Below the pieces are notes generated by a model that saw nothing but the letters and a program-made list of their open reading frames with translations, was not told where the DNA came from and ran no database searches. Positions 22,514-26,052 of a DNA stretch of 26,052 nt are shown here, in pieces. The stretch covers positions 124,001 through 150,052 of the forward strand of contig LVLI01000217.1 of NCBI GenBank assembly GCA_001687465.1, given 5' to 3'. A program made the translations under genes and the position numbers. Source of the DNA: Halocafeteria seosinensis. Taxonomy: Eukaryota. How positions within the stretch are numbered: position 1 is the first letter of the stretch; every line of letters starts with the position of its first letter.

Positions 22514-25390
22514 ATGGCGTCGGAGGAGGAGAGAATGGACTGGGAGAGGTTCGTGCTGCACGGGCTTGTGAAATCTGTACGATGCTATCATGCTGTCTTC
22601 CATATACGGAAAGGGGCCACATTGACCCACATATGCCAAGCGTCTGAAAGGGCATCCACAGAGGAGGAGAAAGAATGCCAGGCCCTAGGTGACGAGCAGG
22701 AGAATCCTCGCTTTGAATTACGAGTGCAGTCGTTGGTACAGGAGGAAGCATTCGACGGTGCTGCTGGAGAGTTTGCAGAAGAGCCAGGAGACCGACATAG
22801 AGGAATAGAAGAGTGGATGCTGCCTGAGGGCTCTCACCTAAGAGGGGAAGATTCTACGTCCTTCTTCCTCAATAGGTCTCGAGTCCCCGGAGCACTCTTT
22901 GATGATGATAGCGCAACAAAGTCGGAGTCATTGGTGGGTGATGAATATTTCTTATTTGGCAGTAGCTTTTCCAAGACTGTCAAATCTGCCAACACTGAGA
23001 GGAATGCGAGAATGGAAGCTATTGCACTAGTTTCCCCTTCACCATATGTCGAGCTATGCCGTCCGTTCATGAAAACTGCTATTGATCTTCATATGGAAAA
23101 TGGTAGTGAGTCTGCAGCGGTGGATCTTTGGACTGTGTTTCAAGCTTCTTGGGTCTTAGCTACAATGGTTTCCTACTCGGCAATTCCTCTCTCAGCGGAC
23201 GAGTGAGTAAAGACTAGGGTCGATTGCAGGTTTGTTCTTTTGACTAGTTGTTTTCTTGCTTTACTGCACGGCAGACGTTGGGCTCTTCGCTGCCAATTGC
23301 GGCATCTTCGCATGGACCGGTGGGATGGAAGCCCATATATTCTTGCGAAAACTAAGAAAGAGATCATGGAAGGATGCGGCTCTCTTCTTGATGTTGTGTT
23401 GATCCCGCAAAACGCGAAGGAACAGGTACTTGGTTGTGTAGAGAAGATTCTAACAAGATCTGGTGTGCGATCTGTGAAGATTGCCAGATACCTCGAGGTA
23501 TGTAGGTCACTCGGCTTTTGACCACCACGCACTCCTTTAGTTGATTGTGCAAACATGCATGACTGTTATCAATCAGCCTTCAAGTGGAATATCTCAATCG
23601 TTGAGCCTCCTGTTCACGCTATTATCAGCAAACGAACTTGTTGCGTTGTACTTCGCGTCGCTGCTGGAGAGGCGTGTGATTGTATTTGGAAGCAAGAACA
23701 TTCCCGCTGATCTACTCGGCAGAGTAAGTATGGCCATAGCGGCGCTCACCACTTCTCCGGGAAAGAAGGCTTTATGCCGGACGTATCCTTATGCGTCTTT
23801 GCACGATGCTGCTGTATTACGACAGAACGGGTATGTATTGTTGGATGGATCTCACCTTATTTACTGGGCCTATATTGGCAGTGTTTGTATTTGCGGGCCA
23901 ATTATGATGCAGAGCTATACTTTCAACCAGTAATCCCATGTTCCTATCAATGCAAACCGAAACTGACTTATTTGTAATGTGCGATTCTACGGAGAAGACG
24001 TCCTCTTACAATCTGACTGATATCCTCGTTGTTCCCGCCGACGAAATGCCGGCTGAGGGATCGATTTCCGAGACGTTCGATCGCCTTTCGACTAACTCCC
24101 TCGACCACCTGTTGCGGTCATGGATACGCTCGGACCGCACATCTCCGAAGATAACGGAGCACCAGGGAAGCGAAGACCAAGAGGGTTCGACGGCTCTGCG
24201 GAGCTCTGTAGGACAAAATGTGTATGCTTGCATAACGAGTTTAAAACAGCATTGCTGTCATGACGAACTCCAACTTCGACTTGTGATCGAGGAAATCAAT
24301 TGGAGGATTGCCTCACGAGTCTTCGTACATCAACAACTTTTAGAGGGGCTGGAACAGAAAAAACTTTCGCTGAACGCCTTTCAGCCGCTGGAACAGAATA
24401 ATGAAATTAAATCGAGGATTCCCACGATTTTTGAAGAGGTGATTGATTCAGAAAGCTTGGTCAGCGGAGTGGCGGCAACCGAGACGTTTCGTGGTTTATT
24501 TTACGCCCTTCCTCAGGTGACTCAAGTTGCGGACTCTCTTGTAAAGATATGCATTCAGTCATTGATCTTTCCTTCTTTCGGAATGAGGCAATACCAAAAA
24601 GATGCTTTCGAGATCCGCCAATACCTTTGTTTGTTGGCGGGACTGATTCCTCCTGGAACGGTTGTACCAGAACTTGGACCGGCAATGTGGGCGACAATTT
24701 ACAATCACATACGCAAGTTTGTCGAGGGTAGCAGCGAACGTTCGCGATGGGTGCTAAATAGTATGTTACACGTGGGCTTAACTCACAACAGCATTGGTGC
24801 AGGTATGTTGTTAACCTGAGCATAGGCGAGGTGTATATGGCGGCAAAAGAAGTCGTGGTGTATGCAGGGTTGATCCACGAAGATAAGGAAGTGCAGAGAG
24901 CATGCCGCGCGCTGTTACTGGAAATGGATCGCGTATGTGAAGATGACAGATTAAAGACAAGTTCTCAACTGGATGAACCCTTCCAGTCCTTGTTGAAGGA
25001 CTCACCCACAACATAGTAATGTTACTGGAACGGTTAGTACTACATTCTGATAGGTACCTTGAACTGGCGATGGCTATCAATGCCTCGCATGTTTCATAGA
25101 CGAGTTGGATGCTGTGCTTCAGTTTCCAGTCAATAGCGGCGCTGAGGGGTAGGTACGATGTAATCTCAAAGAAGCACAATGTGAACGTCTCACACCATCT
25201 CGATTGGGATACGCTGAAATCGCAAAAACAGCTGCCACCGGAGATCGCATACATGTCTATGGCCCCGCGGCAAGTGAGAAATCGTTTCCCCCTTAAAAAG
25301 GACCGGTATCTCGTCTATAATAAGCAACGACAGAGACTGTCCTCCCCACCTGGCCGGCGTACATTGCCGCGGAGTTCAATAGATATGTAA
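22514..25390 (+). CDS. Divergent DENN-domain-like protein. Exons 22514-23202, 23275-23497, 23577-23830, 23913-24760, 24826-?; 3' splicing unresolved, ending at 25390, or at 25476 via a further intron at 25387-25454
   Basis: Introns at 23203-23274, 23498-23576, 23831-23912 and 24761-24825 join the ORFs in frame. The segment LFTLLSANELVALYFASLLERRVIVFGS..LLGRVSMAIAAL resembles the cDENN core. Junctions between 24933 and 25130 are ambiguous. Confidence 0.6.
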
Positions 25391-25827
25391 GTGAGCAGGC
25401 AGTTACGGTTTTAGGATGCTGCCTAAGTTGTACGTTTGCACTATAAAATACAAGGTTTGCAAAACTTGTACAATAACAATGCGAACCTTTTTTGTTTTGT
25501 GGTGACGGTGACTGTGACTGTACTTGTTAGTCTAGAAGTAACACCTGAGAGCCACAACACTCGACCACTCTCGTTAAGGTTCATTCCAAAGCCTTCATTA
25601 TTCTTACCGGAGCCACTGAGGCCGACCAAATCGTGCGAGTACTCAGTTTGCTTGGTGAATAGGAGCGATCCTTGACCATCATCCGTCTTTTACCAATATG
25701 CGTGCAAAGGATCCTAATCATATGAAAAGCATAGAGCAGAGACCCGCCAGAATACGGTACGACGTACTGACTATCCTTCGTAGACTCCACCACGCAGTAC
25801 GGTCGGCAATGACTAGAGCATTTTGGG

Positions 25828-26052
25828 ATGGAACAAATTGGAAACTCCAGTTTGGAACTGAACGGAATAGATCGGAAAGCAAGGAGCGGACTGGAACGGA
25901 ACGGCTCCTCTTGCTTAGACTGGCCGCCTAGAGCTACGCACACGGTAGACGAAGTCGAGAAGTTTATCGACTTCAGGCTCCACGACAAGCGGATCCTCGT
26001 CCACTGGAAGGGCTACCCAGAGGCAGCACGGACGTGGGAACCGGCTTCGTGG
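25828..26052 (+). CDS. Chromodomain-containing ORF truncated by the window edge (host gene or chromovirus-type retroelement fragment)
   Basis: This frame is absent from the ORF track because it has no stop inside the window. ATG 25828 leads to ..DEVEKFIDFRLHDKRILVHWKGYPEAARTWEPASW, a clear chromodomain pattern. Confidence 0.75.
   Translation, partial: MEQIGNSSLELNGIDRKARSGLERNGSSCLDWPPRATHTVDEVEKFIDFRLHDKRILVHWKGYPEAARTWEPASW

Noticed and set aside
1..26052. Genome-wide stop-codon reassignment (TAG as sense)
   Set aside because: Thousands of codons in conserved exons (CFAP57, cyclase, PES1, RBMX2) contain no in-frame TAG, TAA or TGA. ORF breaks are explained by introns everywhere except the 4479-6069 locus and the DENN-like 3' end.
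1..26052. Introner-like repeated introns, or non-canonical/U12 introns
   Set aside because: All resolved introns are GT-AG, and by eye they share no sequence beyond the splice sites.
1..26052. Blastocystis-style stop codons created by polyadenylation
   Set aside because: Every complete gene has a genomically encoded TAA or TGA.
1..26052. CRISPR arrays, rRNA, tRNA or prokaryotic operons
   Set aside because: I saw no repeat-spacer periodicity or RNA-gene signatures, and the gene content and introns are eukaryotic.

Overview
Gene-dense eukaryotic nuclear DNA from a flagellated protist. A stramenopile is likely, but this is inferred only from the style of the LC1, PES1 and sterol-desaturase sequences. 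The ORF track is fragmented by short GT-AG spliceosomal introns; I resolved about 29 by hand, 59-96 nt long. Spliced genes, in order: 3' end of a coiled-coil gene, mitochondrial uS15, a RanBD/FG protein, a disrupted gene made of three copies of an unrecognised ~120-aa repeat, DNAL1, a stand-alone HDAC6-type ZnF-UBP, CFAP57, PES1, a ~12-TM class III cyclase, a Delta7-sterol C5-desaturase, RBMX2, a divergent DENN-like protein, and a chromodomain ORF running off the right edge. The most notable observations are four: an identically spaced bipartite motif (TTGGAACT-N12-ATCTAACSGT) upstream of both axonemal genes; a cyclase with swapped C1/C2 catalytic roles and an E/R specificity pair; the orphan tandem-repeat gene with in-frame TAGs; and a cryptic, apparently spliced minus-strand transcript between the cyclase and the desaturase. 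I found no rRNA, tRNA or CRISPR array and no intact mobile element. All exon boundaries were derived manually and need RNA-seq confirmation.
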